A DNA stretch of 64,000 nucleotides from Candidatus Omnitrophota bacterium (GCA_020429915.1 JAGQKV010000003.1:2442-66441); one strand, 5' to 3'; counted from the stretch's first letter, positions 18,331 to 28,402 are shown. A program made the numbers and translations. The notes: generated by a model not told the origin, from the letters alone.

Positions 18331-18750
18331 ATGGAGATTACAGAAATACGGGTATTTCCAAAAGAAGGGCCAGACAAGAAGTTAAAAGCTTACACGACCG
18401 TGACGTTCGACAATTCATTTGTGGTGCGCAATATCAAGATCATCCAGGGATCCAACGGCCTCTTTATCGCCATGCCTTCACGCAAACTGAAATCCGCTTG
18501 CCAGAAATGCGGATTCAAAAACGAGGTGGGCAGCAAATTCTGTAATCAATGCGGCACCGCGATCCGCGGCGCCACTCAAGATTTCGATACCGACGACAGA
18601 TCTGATGCCAAATCCGAACACAGGGATATCGCGCATCCGATAACCCAGCAGTTTCGCGATTATCTTCAGTCCCAAATCCTACAAGCGTATGAGCGGGAGA
18701 TTACGGCAGAGCATCGAAGTGAATATAGTTCCATTGGCGAGGCTTCCTGA
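18331..18750 (+). CDS. spoVG: SpoVG-family protein carrying an inserted zinc-ribbon (C4) segment
   Basis: MEITEIRVFP...FVVRNIKIIQGSNGLFIAMPS...HRDIAHPI is canonical SpoVG. It is interrupted by CQKCGFKNEVGSKFCNQCG (CxxC-x10-CxxC). A strong GGAAGGAG SD precedes the ATG. Confidence 0.85.
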   Translation: MEITEIRVFPKEGPDKKLKAYTTVTFDNSFVVRNIKIIQGSNGLFIAMPSRKLKSACQKCGFKNEVGSKFCNQCGTAIRGATQDFDTDDRSDAKSEHRDIAHPITQQFRDYLQSQILQAYEREITAEHRSEYSSIGEAS

Positions 18751-18787
18751 AGACCCAGCCGCAAGTACCGAATTTAAAAAGATCTAT

Positions 18788-18859
18788 TGCCCGGTGGTGT
18801 AATTGGCAACACAGCAGAATTTGGATCTGCTTTTCCAGGTTCGAGTCCTGGCTGGGCAG
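18788..18859 (+). tRNA. tRNA-Gln (anticodon TTG)
   Basis: Manual cloverleaf: acceptor TGCCCGG/CTGGGCA (one G-T), D stem GTGT/ACAC, anticodon stem GCAGA/TCTGC with loop ATTTGGA, T arm CCAGG-TTCGAGT-CCTGG, discriminator G. CCA is not encoded. Confidence 0.8.
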
Positions 18860-18919
18860 TACTTTTGTAGCGACGACCAGACGCAGCAGTTGAACTGACA
18901 GGATTTCTTTGAGACGAAC

Positions 18920-20179
18920 ATGACAGACCTGAAGACAATCATTTTGGCCGCAGGAAAAGGGACGCGAATGAAATCCGCTGTCCCTAAAGTTTTGCACCCG
19001 GTTTGCGGCAAGCCGATGATCGAGTACGTCCTCGACGTGGCCAAGGCCGCCGGCTCCAAGGAATTGATTGTCGTCCTGGGTCACATGATCACGGCGGTCC
19101 GCGAACAGCTTCCTCCCGAAGTTGTCACGATCGAACAGAAAAAGCTATTGGGCACGGCCGACGCCGTCAAGACCACCTCCAGTCACCTCAAGTCGTTTAA
19201 GGGTGACATTTTGATTTTATGCGGCGATACGCCGTTGCTGACCAAAGAAACCGTCCGCGCGCTGGTCAAAAAACACCGCGGATCCAAGGCCGTCTGCACC
19301 TTCCTGACGGCCGTTGTTCATGACCCCCAGGGATACGGCCGGGTCATCCGCGACATGGACGGTAAAGCGGTCGCGATCCGCGAGGACAAGGACGCCGTCG
19401 GTTTCGAACGCCAGATCGCTGAGATCAATTCCGGCGTGTATTGCATCAACGCTTCGGCGCTTTTTGCGGCGCTGGACAAGGTTCGGCAGAACAAGGCCAA
19501 GAAAGAATTTTACCTCACGGATATCATCGAGATATTCACGCAGGACGGACAGACCGTGGAAACGGTCGCCACCGAAAATTTTAAGGAAGCGCTGGGCGTC
19601 AACAGCCGGATCGATCTGGCCCAGTCGCAGGAAATCATCCGCCGGCGGATCCTCGACAGGTTGATGCTCGCGGGCGTCACCATCGTCGATCCCGCCTCCA
19701 CGCATATCGATGCGGATGTGAAGATCGGCCGGGATACCGTAGTCCGGCCGTTTTCTGTCATTGAGAACAATGTGCGCATCGGCAGCGGGTGTTTGATCGG
19801 CCCGTTCGCGCGGATCAGGCCGGGCAGCCGTATCGGGGATGACGTCGAGGTCGGCAATTTCACCGAGGTGTCCCGAACCAAAATCGGCCGCGCGACGCTG
19901 ATGAAGCACTTCGGATTTCTGGGCGATGCTACCGTCGGCGCCAACGCCAACATCGGAGCCGGGACGGTAACTGCGAATTATGACGGGGTGGAAAAGCATC
20001 CGACCAAAATCGGCGACGGTGCGTTTATCGGATCGGACGCGATATTGGTCGCCCCGGTGAAGGTTGGGAAGAAAGCGGTGATCGGGGCTGCGAGCGTGGT
20101 TGTCCGGTCAGACATTCCCGACGGAGCAACGGCGGTGGGAACACCGGCCCGGGTGACCAAGAAAGCAAGGAGTCAATGA
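18920..20179 (+). CDS. glmU: Bifunctional UDP-N-acetylglucosamine pyrophosphorylase / glucosamine-1-phosphate acetyltransferase
   Basis: N-terminal LAAGKGTRMKS nucleotidyltransferase motif and a C-terminal left-handed beta-helix with hexapeptide repeats. Confidence 0.9.
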   Translation: MTDLKTIILAAGKGTRMKSAVPKVLHPVCGKPMIEYVLDVAKAAGSKELIVVLGHMITAVREQLPPEVVTIEQKKLLGTADAVKTTSSHLKSFKGDILILCGDTPLLTKETVRALVKKHRGSKAVCTFLTAVVHDPQGYGRVIRDMDGKAVAIREDKDAVGFERQIAEINSGVYCINASALFAALDKVRQNKAKKEFYLTDIIEIFTQDGQTVETVATENFKEALGVNSRIDLAQSQEIIRRRILDRLMLAGVTIVDPASTHIDADVKIGRDTVVRPFSVIENNVRIGSGCLIGPFARIRPGSRIGDDVEVGNFTEVSRTKIGRATLMKHFGFLGDATVGANANIGAGTVTANYDGVEKHPTKIGDGAFIGSDAILVAPVKVGKKAVIGAASVVVRSDIPDGATAVGTPARVTKKARSQ

Positions 20180-21129
20180 ACGGTTTAGCCATCTTGTACG
20201 GAAACGCCAATGTGCCGCTGGCCAAAGGCATCTGCAAGCATTTGGATATCAGTCCCACCAAAATGACGGTGGGGCGGTTTAGCGAAGGGGAGATCCGGGT
20301 CGCGATCGAGGAGAATATCCGGGGCAAGGACGTTTTTATCGTCCAGCCCACCTGCCCGCCTTCCAATGACAATTTGATGGAACTGCTGATTATGGTCGAC
20401 GCGGTGCGCCGGGCGTCCGCCAAACGGGTTACGGCGGTTCTCCCGTATTACGGTTACGCGCGGCAGGACCGCAAGGACGCGCCGCGGGTACCCATTACGG
20501 CCAAGCTGGTCGCCAATCTGATCGTGGCGGCCGGAGCCAAGCGCGTGCTGACCATGGACCTGCACGCAAACCAGATTCAGGGATTTTTTGACATACCGGT
20601 CGATCACCTGTACGCCATCAACACGCTGTGTGATTATTTCAGCGAGAAAAAGCTCAAGAATCTCGTGGTCGTTTCACCGGACGTGGGCGGGATCAAGATG
20701 GCGCGCGCGTATGCCAAGCGGCTCAAGGCCGGCTTGGCGATCGTCGACAAGCGGCGCATGTCTCCGGACAAAACCGAGGTGATGCACATCCTCGGTAACG
20801 TCAAGGGCAAGAACGTCATTCTCGTCGACGATATCGTCGCCACCGCGGGTTCGTTGGTCGAGGCCATCGACGTGCTGAAGAAGAAAGGCGTCAAGGATGT
20901 GTACGCGGCCATCAGTCACGGCATATTATCCGGACCCGCGGCCGACCGGATCAAGAATTGCAAGGAACTGAAGGAACTCGTCACCACCGACAGTATTCCG
21001 CTGTCGGCGAAGGCGCGCAAAGTCAAGAGCATCAAGCAAGTTACCATCGCCTCTTTGCTGGCCGAGGCGATCCAGAGAATACATAACGAAGAATCGATCA
21101 GTTGCTTGTTCGATGAAACCACGCGATAA
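20176..21129 (+). CDS. prs: Ribose-phosphate pyrophosphokinase
   Basis: Prs signature region DLHANQIQGFFDIPVDHL and PRPP-binding loop VILVDDIVATAGS. Confidence 0.9.
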   Translation: MNGLAILYGNANVPLAKGICKHLDISPTKMTVGRFSEGEIRVAIEENIRGKDVFIVQPTCPPSNDNLMELLIMVDAVRRASAKRVTAVLPYYGYARQDRKDAPRVPITAKLVANLIVAAGAKRVLTMDLHANQIQGFFDIPVDHLYAINTLCDYFSEKKLKNLVVVSPDVGGIKMARAYAKRLKAGLAIVDKRRMSPDKTEVMHILGNVKGKNVILVDDIVATAGSLVEAIDVLKKKGVKDVYAAISHGILSGPAADRIKNCKELKELVTTDSIPLSAKARKVKSIKQVTIASLLAEAIQRIHNEESISCLFDETTR

Positions 21130-21147
21130 ACAAGGGGTAGAGGAACG

Positions 21148-21828
21148 ATGGAAGAAATTCAGTTAGACGTACAACTCAGAAACGAAACCGGACGGCGGAA
21201 TGTGAAGGCGGTTCGGCGGGAAGATTTCGTCCCGGCGATCGTCTATGGTGAAGAGAAGGAACCGACATCGATCAAAGTGGATCGCCGTACTTACGAAAAG
21301 ATTATGCGCGCACATGTCGGACAAAGTGTGGTGTTCCACCTGAATGTCATGGACGGGGACAAAAAGTTGCGCGACTACGCGGCGATCGTCAAGGAAGAGC
21401 AGCTTCATCCCGTGGCGGAATCCCTGCTGCATCTGGATTTTCAACGGATCAACCTCAAGGAGGAGCTGGAGATCGAGGTCCAGGTGATCTGTGTGGGCGA
21501 GGCCATCGGCGTCAAACGCGACGGGGGATCGCTCGATCAGCCTTTGCATGACATGGAAATCGTCTGTCTGCCGACCAACATCCCGGAAAAGATCGAGGTC
21601 GACGTCAGCTCCCTCGAGATCGGGGACGCGATTCACGTCAGCGACATCAAGCTCCCGGCGAAGGTCACGACCAAAATGGACCCGGAAACCATGGTCGCCT
21701 CGGTCGTGCCTCCGATGAAGTCGGAAGATGAAATCTCGGCGGAAGGTGGGGAAGTGTCCGAACCGGAAGTCACCAAGGAAAAATCCGAAAGCAAAGCGGA
21801 ATCGAAACCAGATTCCAAAAAAGAGTAA
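21148..21828 (+). CDS. rplY: 50S ribosomal protein L25 / general stress protein Ctc
   Basis: L25 N-terminal domain (RNETGRRNVKAVRREDFVPAIVYG) plus Ctc-type C-terminal extension. Confidence 0.85.
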   Translation: MEEIQLDVQLRNETGRRNVKAVRREDFVPAIVYGEEKEPTSIKVDRRTYEKIMRAHVGQSVVFHLNVMDGDKKLRDYAAIVKEEQLHPVAESLLHLDFQRINLKEELEIEVQVICVGEAIGVKRDGGSLDQPLHDMEIVCLPTNIPEKIEVDVSSLEIGDAIHVSDIKLPAKVTTKMDPETMVASVVPPMKSEDEISAEGGEVSEPEVTKEKSESKAESKPDSKKE

Positions 21829-21876
21829 CGTGCCTTGCTCTTCTTTCGCAAGAAAGAATCGGCCAGCCAGGCCAAC

Positions 21877-22461
21877 ATGAAAATCATCGCGGGACTAGGC
21901 AATCCCGGTGGCGAATACGAGTTCACGCGCCACAACCTCGGCTTTTTGACGGTCACCCGTCTGGCTGAGCAGCATCATCTGAAATTACGCAAAAGTTCTT
22001 TTACAAACGGGTTAACGGCTGAGGGTGAATGGGACGGTCATCCGTTCAGTCTGCTGATGCCGCTGACCTATATGAACAAATCCGGATACGCCGTCCGGCA
22101 GGCGCTTACGCACTACGGCGCCGCCAATACCTCGTTGCTGGTGGTTTGCGACGATTTAAACTTGCCTTACCGCCGCATGCGGTTGAGGCCCAACGGCAGC
22201 GACGGCGGTAATAACGGATTGAAGTCGATCATCTCCCAGTTGGACAGCAAGGAGTTTTCACGGCTGCGCATGGGAATCGGGCGGCCGGCACGCGGAGATG
22301 AAAACGTGGACTTTGTCCTCGGTGAATTCGACGTACGGGAAAAAGAAGAACTTCCGAATTTCATAAAAGAAGCAACGGAATGTTGCGGTGTCTGGCTGAA
22401 AGAAGGAATCGAGAAGGCAATGGATCAATTCAACCAAAGGAAGGAAAATGGAACAAAGTAA
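21877..22461 (+). CDS. pth: Peptidyl-tRNA hydrolase (start taken at MKIIAGLGNPG; track ORF begins 21835)
   Basis: Motifs GLGNPG...YEFTRHNLGF, MNKSGYAV and LVVCDDLNLP. Confidence 0.85.
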   Translation: MKIIAGLGNPGGEYEFTRHNLGFLTVTRLAEQHHLKLRKSSFTNGLTAEGEWDGHPFSLLMPLTYMNKSGYAVRQALTHYGAANTSLLVVCDDLNLPYRRMRLRPNGSDGGNNGLKSIISQLDSKEFSRLRMGIGRPARGDENVDFVLGEFDVREKEELPNFIKEATECCGVWLKEGIEKAMDQFNQRKENGTK

Positions 22462-22783
22462 TTCAGCGAACAAGTACGAACTCATGGCGATCGTTGACGC
22501 CCATTTGTCCCAGGACGACAAGGATGCTATCGTCAAGGATGTTTGCGATACCGTCACCAAGGCCAAAGGGAACATCGTCAACACACAAATCTGGTTCGAG
22601 AAACAGAAGTTATCTTTCGAGATCAAGAAGAAGACGGAAGGCACCTACTACCTGATCAATTTCGAGGCCCCCAAGGCGTCTGTCGCCAGTATCCGGGGTG
22701 AGCTGAGACTCAAGGAACAACTCCTGCGTTACCTGATCCTTGAAGTCGAGGCGTTTGCCAGTAAAGAAGCGGCACAGGTGTAA
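22448..22783 (+). CDS. rpsF: 30S ribosomal protein S6
   Basis: YELMAIVDAHLSQDD aligns with S6 N-terminus (HYEIVFMVHPDQSE). 111 aa. Confidence 0.85.
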   Translation: MEQSNSANKYELMAIVDAHLSQDDKDAIVKDVCDTVTKAKGNIVNTQIWFEKQKLSFEIKKKTEGTYYLINFEAPKASVASIRGELRLKEQLLRYLILEVEAFASKEAAQV

Positions 22784-22856
22784 GCCCTCCCCTCGGTTCC
22801 GAGGACAGGCAATCCCGTAATATTAACAGCTTTACCTGATCAGTAAGGAGATATAC

Positions 22857-23303
22857 ATGGCGAACCTCAACAAAGTATTCCTGATTGGAAACCTGACACG
22901 TGATCCTGAATTGAGATATACGCCCGGCGGGACAGCCGTAGCGAATTTGGGGATCGCTGTCAATCGCCGTTTTAAAGACAGCTCCGGTGAACTGAAGGAA
23001 GAGGTCTGCTTCCTGACCGTTACGGTGTGGGATAAACAGGCCGAGGCCTGCTGCCAATATTTGACCAAGGGACGCCCCGTATTCGTGGAAGGCGTTCTTC
23101 AGTCACGTTTTTGGGAAACCACCGACGGACAAAAGCGGAGCGCGATCGACGTACGGGCGGAACGCGTCCAATTTTTGGGAACCTACAGCAACGGTTCCGG
23201 CAAGGGTAAATCTCACGACGATGATACCGACACCGAAATGGTGGATGTAGGAAGTCATCAAAGCGATGCCATAAAACCTGAAGACATTATCTGGGACGAT
23301 TAA
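22857..23303 (+). CDS. ssb: Single-stranded DNA-binding protein
   Basis: OB fold ([35 protein letters not shown]) and acidic C-terminal tip DIIWDD. A strong AAGGAG SD precedes it. Confidence 0.85.
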   Translation: MANLNKVFLIGNLTRDPELRYTPGGTAVANLGIAVNRRFKDSSGELKEEVCFLTVTVWDKQAEACCQYLTKGRPVFVEGVLQSRFWETTDGQKRSAIDVRAERVQFLGTYSNGSGKGKSHDDDTDTEMVDVGSHQSDAIKPEDIIWDD

Positions 23304-23317
23304 TACGGAGAGTATCA

Positions 23318-23566
23318 ATGACGGCATACCGAAAAAGAAGAAAGTTCAGCGGCCGCGGAAAGATTTCGGCCAAGTACCAGTTGCCCAAAGAGGCGGTGAT
23401 CGATTACAAAAACCTGTCGCTCATCCAGAAGTACGTGAATGAGCGCGGTAAATTGATCCCGCGCCGGATCACCGGCGTAACGGCGAAGGAACAGCGTAAT
23501 ATCGCCGTAGCAGTCAAACGGGCACGGTTTATGGCGTTGCTGACGACGGGCGCGGCCCGGCGGTAA
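23318..23566 (+). CDS. rpsR: 30S ribosomal protein S18
   Basis: [48 protein letters not shown]. Confidence 0.9.
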   Translation: MTAYRKRRKFSGRGKISAKYQLPKEAVIDYKNLSLIQKYVNERGKLIPRRITGVTAKEQRNIAVAVKRARFMALLTTGAARR

Positions 23567-23618
23567 GCGCTGCTGAAGCGACATTAACAAACAACCATAT
23601 ATAGCATAGGACAGCATT

Positions 23619-24062
23619 ATGAAAGTCATACTGCGGCAGGATGTGAGAAATCTGGGACGGGTGGGCGACGTCGTAAAGGTCAAGGACGGCTATGCCCGTA
23701 ATATGTTGCTCCCCAAGGATATGGCTTATCTCGCCACACCGGCGAACCTAAAGCGCATTGAGAAGCAGAAAAAATTGCATGCCGAACAATACGCCAAAAA
23801 GAAGGAAGAGTCTCTGGAACTGGCCGAAAAGATGGCCAAGGCTTCCTACACGGTCAGTGTGGAGGCCAACGAGCAGGAAAAGCTGTACGGTTCCATTCAC
23901 GAAGGCGATGTGGTGAAGGCCCTGGAAGCCGAAGGTTTCACTGTTGACAAGAAGGATATCGCCTTTGAACAACCGATCGAAGAGCTCGGAATTTTTGAAG
24001 TCGGTGTTACACTCCATCCGGAAGTGACGGCAAAGATAAGACTATGGGTAACCCGGAAGTAA
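23619..24062 (+). CDS. rplI: 50S ribosomal protein L9
   Basis: MKVILRQDVRNLGRVGDVVKVKDGYARNMLLP. Confidence 0.9.
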   Translation: MKVILRQDVRNLGRVGDVVKVKDGYARNMLLPKDMAYLATPANLKRIEKQKKLHAEQYAKKKEESLELAEKMAKASYTVSVEANEQEKLYGSIHEGDVVKALEAEGFTVDKKDIAFEQPIEELGIFEVGVTLHPEVTAKIRLWVTRK

Positions 24063-25393
24063 AAGTCCCTCCCCAAAATATCGAAGCGGAACGGTGCGTC
24101 CTCGGGTCGATGATGATCGACGAAGAGGCCATCGGAACGGCCGTGGAGATACTGCAGGAGGATTGGTTTTACAACGAAGCCCATCGCACCATTTTTTCGG
24201 CGCTGGTCGATCTTTACAATGACCGCAAAAACGTCGACCTGATCACGGTCACCGACAAGTTGACCGCCCAAGGACAGCTGGACCAGATCGGCGGCGTCGC
24301 CTACATTTCGTCCGTCATCGATACCGTCCCCACCTCGGCGAACGTCGGGCATTATGCCAATATCGTCAAAGAAAAAGGCATTCTGCGCCGGCTCATCAAG
24401 AACGCCACCCAAATCGTCAGCGACAGTTATGAAGCCAAGGGCAAGATCGAAGATATCGTCGACGACGCTGAACGGCTTATTTTCGAGGTCGCCGATCTCA
24501 AGCAACAACAGCAATCCTATCATATCAAGGACCTGGTCAAGGACGGGATCGAGAAGATCGATTACCTCTACCAGCGCAAGGAAAGCCTGACCGGCGTTCC
24601 GACCGGCTTTGTCGACGTCGATAAAATGACGTCGGGACTTCAGCCTTCTGATTTAATCATTGTGGCCGCGCGGCCGTCGATGGGCAAGACAGCATTTGCC
24701 ATAACTATCGCGGAAAACTTCGCGCTGAAGTACAACGGCGGGGTCGCGATTTTCAGCCTGGAAATGTCAAAGGAACAATTGGTCCAGCGGATGTTGTGTT
24801 CCCAGGCCCGGGTGGACGCGCACAAGGTGCGTTCCGGGTTTTTGTCGCCGTCGGACTGGCCGCTGCTGACCAAGGCTGCCGCAGATTTATCCAACGCCAA
24901 GATCTTCATCGACGACACCCCGGCGATCTCGGCGCTGGAATTGCGCGCCAAGGCGCGTCGTCTAAAGGCCAATCACGACATCCAGCTGATTCTGCTCGAC
25001 TATATCCAGCTCATGCGCGGCTCGGCGCGTTCCGAGAGCCGGCAGCAGGAGATCTCGGAAATATCACGCTCCCTGAAGGCGCTCGCCCGCGAGTTGAACG
25101 TCCCGATGATCGCGCTTAGCCAGTTGTCGCGTCTGGTCGAACAACGCCAGGACCACCGGCCGCAACTGTCCGATCTGCGGGAATCGGGAGCCATCGAACA
25201 GGATGCGGACGTCGTCATTCTGCTGATGCGGGAAGAATACTACAACCCGACCGAAGACAACCGCGGCGTCGCCGACATCATTCTCGCCAAACAACGCAAC
25301 GGACCCGTTGGCACCGTTAAACTTTCATTCCTGAAGGAATTCGTCCGTTTCGAAAATCTGGCAACGGCCGAAAACTTTGCAACTGTTGATTGA
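24044..25393 (+). CDS. dnaB: Replicative DNA helicase DnaB
   Basis: N-terminal PPQNIEAERCVLGSMM, Walker A ARPSMGKTAF and the RecA-like C-domain. Confidence 0.9.
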   Translation: MGNPEVKVPPQNIEAERCVLGSMMIDEEAIGTAVEILQEDWFYNEAHRTIFSALVDLYNDRKNVDLITVTDKLTAQGQLDQIGGVAYISSVIDTVPTSANVGHYANIVKEKGILRRLIKNATQIVSDSYEAKGKIEDIVDDAERLIFEVADLKQQQQSYHIKDLVKDGIEKIDYLYQRKESLTGVPTGFVDVDKMTSGLQPSDLIIVAARPSMGKTAFAITIAENFALKYNGGVAIFSLEMSKEQLVQRMLCSQARVDAHKVRSGFLSPSDWPLLTKAAADLSNAKIFIDDTPAISALELRAKARRLKANHDIQLILLDYIQLMRGSARSESRQQEISEISRSLKALARELNVPMIALSQLSRLVEQRQDHRPQLSDLRESGAIEQDADVVILLMREEYYNPTEDNRGVADIILAKQRNGPVGTVKLSFLKEFVRFENLATAENFATVD

Positions 25394-25418
25394 CACGCCA
25401 TAGTATTGACCATATAAT
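25390..25418 (+). promoter_or_regulatory. Consensus sigma70 promoter TTGACA-17-TATAAT upstream of bamA, overlapping the dnaB stop codon
   Basis: TTGACA at 25390-25395, a 17 nt spacer, TATAAT at 25413-25418, and bamA ATG at 25430. Confidence 0.45.
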
Positions 25419-25429
25419 CAACGAAACAT

Positions 25430-27763
25430 ATGCCATACATGAGACAGTTATTCATATATACAACTATATCTGCCCTAATACTTTGCACCTTGCCCGTGCC
25501 GGTCATGGCCCAGTCGAAGGGGGCCGGAGTGATGTCCGAAAAGGTGCGTCCCGTCAAGTCCATCGACGTCATCGGTAACAAGACCATCAGCATCGCCACC
25601 ATCCTGTCGAAAATCAAGACCCGAGTCGGGCAAGACTACCTGCAGGGCGTGGTCAGTGATGACCTGAAGCGTCTGTACAACACCGGCTATTTTTCCGACA
25701 TCCGTGTCGACCGCGAGCTGGACGGCGAGGGGTACCGGGTGAAAATCTTCGTGGAAGAGAAGCCGATCATCGAAGAAATCACCTTCACCAAGACCAAACA
25801 GATCAAGCGCAAGACCTTGGAAAAAAAGCTCAAATCCAAAGTCGGCAAGTTTTTGGACAACAAGGTCCTGCGGGATGACGAAAAGACGCTCAAAGAGTTC
25901 TATGAAAAGAAGGGGCTGACTACCGCTGAAATCGCGGCCGAGACCTTCGTCGATGAAGTCACCAACAAGGCCAGCATACATTTTGTGGTCCGCGAGGGCC
26001 AGAAGATCCGTATCCAGGACATCAACATCTTCGGGAACGATTCCTATAACGACGGCAAGATCGGCAAGGTTATCAAGAGCAAACCCAAGATTTGGATCAT
26101 CCGTTCGGGATATCTCCAGGAAGACGTGCTTAAGGAAGATATGGACCGGATCGTCGCGTTTTATGAGCAGAACGGCTACATCGATGCCACGGCCACTTAC
26201 GAAGTCGACTACCTGTATAAAGGAAACATCGACGTCGACATCACAATTAAAGAAGGCCGTCGCTACTCCGTGGGCGACATATCCATCTCCGGCAATGAAA
26301 TCCTGTCCGACCGGGAGATCGCCAAGGCTATGGAGAATATCAGTGAGGGCGGCGTGTTCAGCCGTGAAAAACTCAGCCTGGATGTGTCATCCATCCGCAC
26401 GCTTTATTTTGATCGCGGCTACATTTTTGCCCGCGTGAACGAAACCACATCGCTTGATCCGAATTCCGGCGAAGTCGCCGTCTCGATCGACATCGAAGAA
26501 GGCAACTTGGCCTACGTCGAACGTATCAAGATCGAAGGCAACACCCGCACCAAGGACAATGTTATCCGACGGGAACTTAAACTGTTCCCGGGCGACCGCT
26601 TCGACGGTGAGGAAATTCGCAAGAGCAAGGAACGGCTCAATCAGCTCGGATACTTTGAAGACGTCACGTTCGACATCGAGGATACCGAATCCAACGACCG
26701 TAAGGACTTGGTGGTCCAAGTCAAAGAAGCCAAAACCGGGACCTTCAGTTTCGGGGGCGGGTTCAGTACGGTCGACCGCATCGTCGGGTTCGTCGAACTC
26801 GAACAACGCAATTTCGATATCGCCAACTGGCCGACTTTTACCGGTGGCGGACAACAGCTGCAGTTGCGGGCCGAGACTGGTTCTTCGCGTAACAACTACC
26901 GGCTCAGTTTTACCGAGCCGTGGATGTTTGGCCGGCCGCTCTCCGGCGGTTTCGACGTCTATCGTAGCGAGCGCGACCGCGAGGACGATACCGGGTATGC
27001 TTACGATGAAAATCGCACCGGCGGTGTGTTGCGGCTGGGCAAACGCTTTAATGATCTGTATTCCGGAAACGTGTCTTACAAGCTGGAAGAGGTCGAAATT
27101 AGCAATATTGAATCCGGAGTTTCCGCGGAGTTGCGGGCCGAGGAAGGGGATAATGTCATCAGCGCGATCGGCGTGTCCGTGGTGCGCGATACCCGCAACA
27201 GTTACGTCAATCCGACCAAGGGGTTGATCGTGCGCAACACCGTCGATCTGGCCGGCAGCTGGCTGGGCGGAGACCAGGACTTTATCCGCTACCAGTTCAA
27301 CACATCTTATTTCATACCATTGATTTGGGACTCGGTGTTGCAGTTCCGTTTGCGGGCCGGTGTCGTCAACGACATTGCCGATTCCACCCGGGTGCCGATT
27401 TTCGAGCGTTTCTTCGCGGGGGGCGCCCGCTCTATCCGCGGTTACGATGAGCGGGATGTCGGTCCGCTGGATACGGTCACCCTGGACCCCATCGGTGGGG
27501 AATCCTTGCTCGTGGGGAACATTGAGTATACAATACCTTTAATTCAGTACATCAAACTGGCAGCTTTTTATGATGTCGGTAACGTTTGGGCCGACATTGA
27601 CGATTTTGGGTCGGGGGATTATAAAGGCGGTGTTGGGCTTGGACTTCGGATCAAGACCCCTATCGGCCCGATCAATTTGGACTACGGATATCCGCTTGAC
27701 GACGTTCCCACGGAGCCTGACAAGGAAGGCAAGTTTTACTTCAGCGTGAGTCGCGGATTCTAA
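25430..27763 (+). CDS. bamA: Outer membrane protein assembly factor BamA (Omp85)
   Basis: Signal peptide, POTRA repeats, and a C-terminal beta-barrel ending in an aromatic residue (RGF). 777 aa. Confidence 0.9.
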   Translation: MPYMRQLFIYTTISALILCTLPVPVMAQSKGAGVMSEKVRPVKSIDVIGNKTISIATILSKIKTRVGQDYLQGVVSDDLKRLYNTGYFSDIRVDRELDGEGYRVKIFVEEKPIIEEITFTKTKQIKRKTLEKKLKSKVGKFLDNKVLRDDEKTLKEFYEKKGLTTAEIAAETFVDEVTNKASIHFVVREGQKIRIQDINIFGNDSYNDGKIGKVIKSKPKIWIIRSGYLQEDVLKEDMDRIVAFYEQNGYIDATATYEVDYLYKGNIDVDITIKEGRRYSVGDISISGNEILSDREIAKAMENISEGGVFSREKLSLDVSSIRTLYFDRGYIFARVNETTSLDPNSGEVAVSIDIEEGNLAYVERIKIEGNTRTKDNVIRRELKLFPGDRFDGEEIRKSKERLNQLGYFEDVTFDIEDTESNDRKDLVVQVKEAKTGTFSFGGGFSTVDRIVGFVELEQRNFDIANWPTFTGGGQQLQLRAETGSSRNNYRLSFTEPWMFGRPLSGGFDVYRSERDREDDTGYAYDENRTGGVLRLGKRFNDLYSGNVSYKLEEVEISNIESGVSAELRAEEGDNVISAIGVSVVRDTRNSYVNPTKGLIVRNTVDLAGSWLGGDQDFIRYQFNTSYFIPLIWDSVLQFRLRAGVVNDIADSTRVPIFERFFAGGARSIRGYDERDVGPLDTVTLDPIGGESLLVGNIEYTIPLIQYIKLAAFYDVGNVWADIDDFGSGDYKGGVGLGLRIKTPIGPINLDYGYPLDDVPTEPDKEGKFYFSVSRGF

Positions 27764-27777
27764 CAAAGGAGGATTCA

Positions 27778-28272
27778 ATGAAACTAAAACATATAATGAC
27801 CGGATTCGTGCTGGTCGCTCTGATGGCCTCTCCCGCATTGGCCAAGGACAAATTGGGTTACGTTGACCTCAGCCGGCTTTTCGATGAGTACTACAAGACG
27901 CAGGACTATGATGCGACTCTGGAAGGTCAGCACAAAAACTTTGAGCAGGAACGGAATACCAAGATCGAAGCCATCCGGGAAGCGCAAGGCAAGTTGGGAC
28001 TGTTGAACGAAGAGAAGAAGGCGGAGCTTGAGGAGCAGATTGAACAGATGAAGGCGGACCTGCTCGAATTTGATCGGCAAAAAAAGGCCGACCTGACTAA
28101 GGAACGCAACGAAAAGATCAGAGAGATCCTGCTGGAGATCGAGAATGAGGTGAGCTCCTACGCCGAGAAGGAAGGCTTCGCGATGATTCTCAATGACCGC
28201 GTTCTGGTTTACGGGAACCCGGCGATCGATTTGACCGAGCAGATTCTCGAAAAATTGAATACCCGAAAGTAA
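27778..28272 (+). CDS. skp: Periplasmic chaperone Skp (OmpH)
   Basis: Signal peptide, GYVDLSRLFDEY, and a long coiled-coil body. It sits directly downstream of bamA. Confidence 0.8.
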   Translation: MKLKHIMTGFVLVALMASPALAKDKLGYVDLSRLFDEYYKTQDYDATLEGQHKNFEQERNTKIEAIREAQGKLGLLNEEKKAELEEQIEQMKADLLEFDRQKKADLTKERNEKIREILLEIENEVSSYAEKEGFAMILNDRVLVYGNPAIDLTEQILEKLNTRK

Positions 28273-28312
28273 GATTTAACGGTAAAAATTCAACGCACGA
28301 CCCCCGATGAAA

Positions 28313-28338
28313 CAGAGGACAACCGTCCTCTGTTTTTT
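28313..28338 (+). terminator. Rho-independent terminator after skp (stem CAGAGGAC / GTCCTCTG, loop AACC, T6)
   Basis: A perfect 8 bp stem followed by TTTTTT at 28333-28338. Confidence 0.6.
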
Positions 28339-28402
28339 CGGCATAAGGGACATGCGCGGCGCGACCCGACGGCATCAGGCGCGGGCCGCCCCGACAGGGA
28401 TT

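Noticed and set aside
28307-28402. Upstream extension of lpxD to ATG 28307 as given by the ORF track
   Set aside because: The extension would begin inside the skp rho-independent terminator (28313-28338) and encodes an Arg/Ala-rich non-conserved peptide. MKKTLEE at 28403 matches LpxD N-termini.
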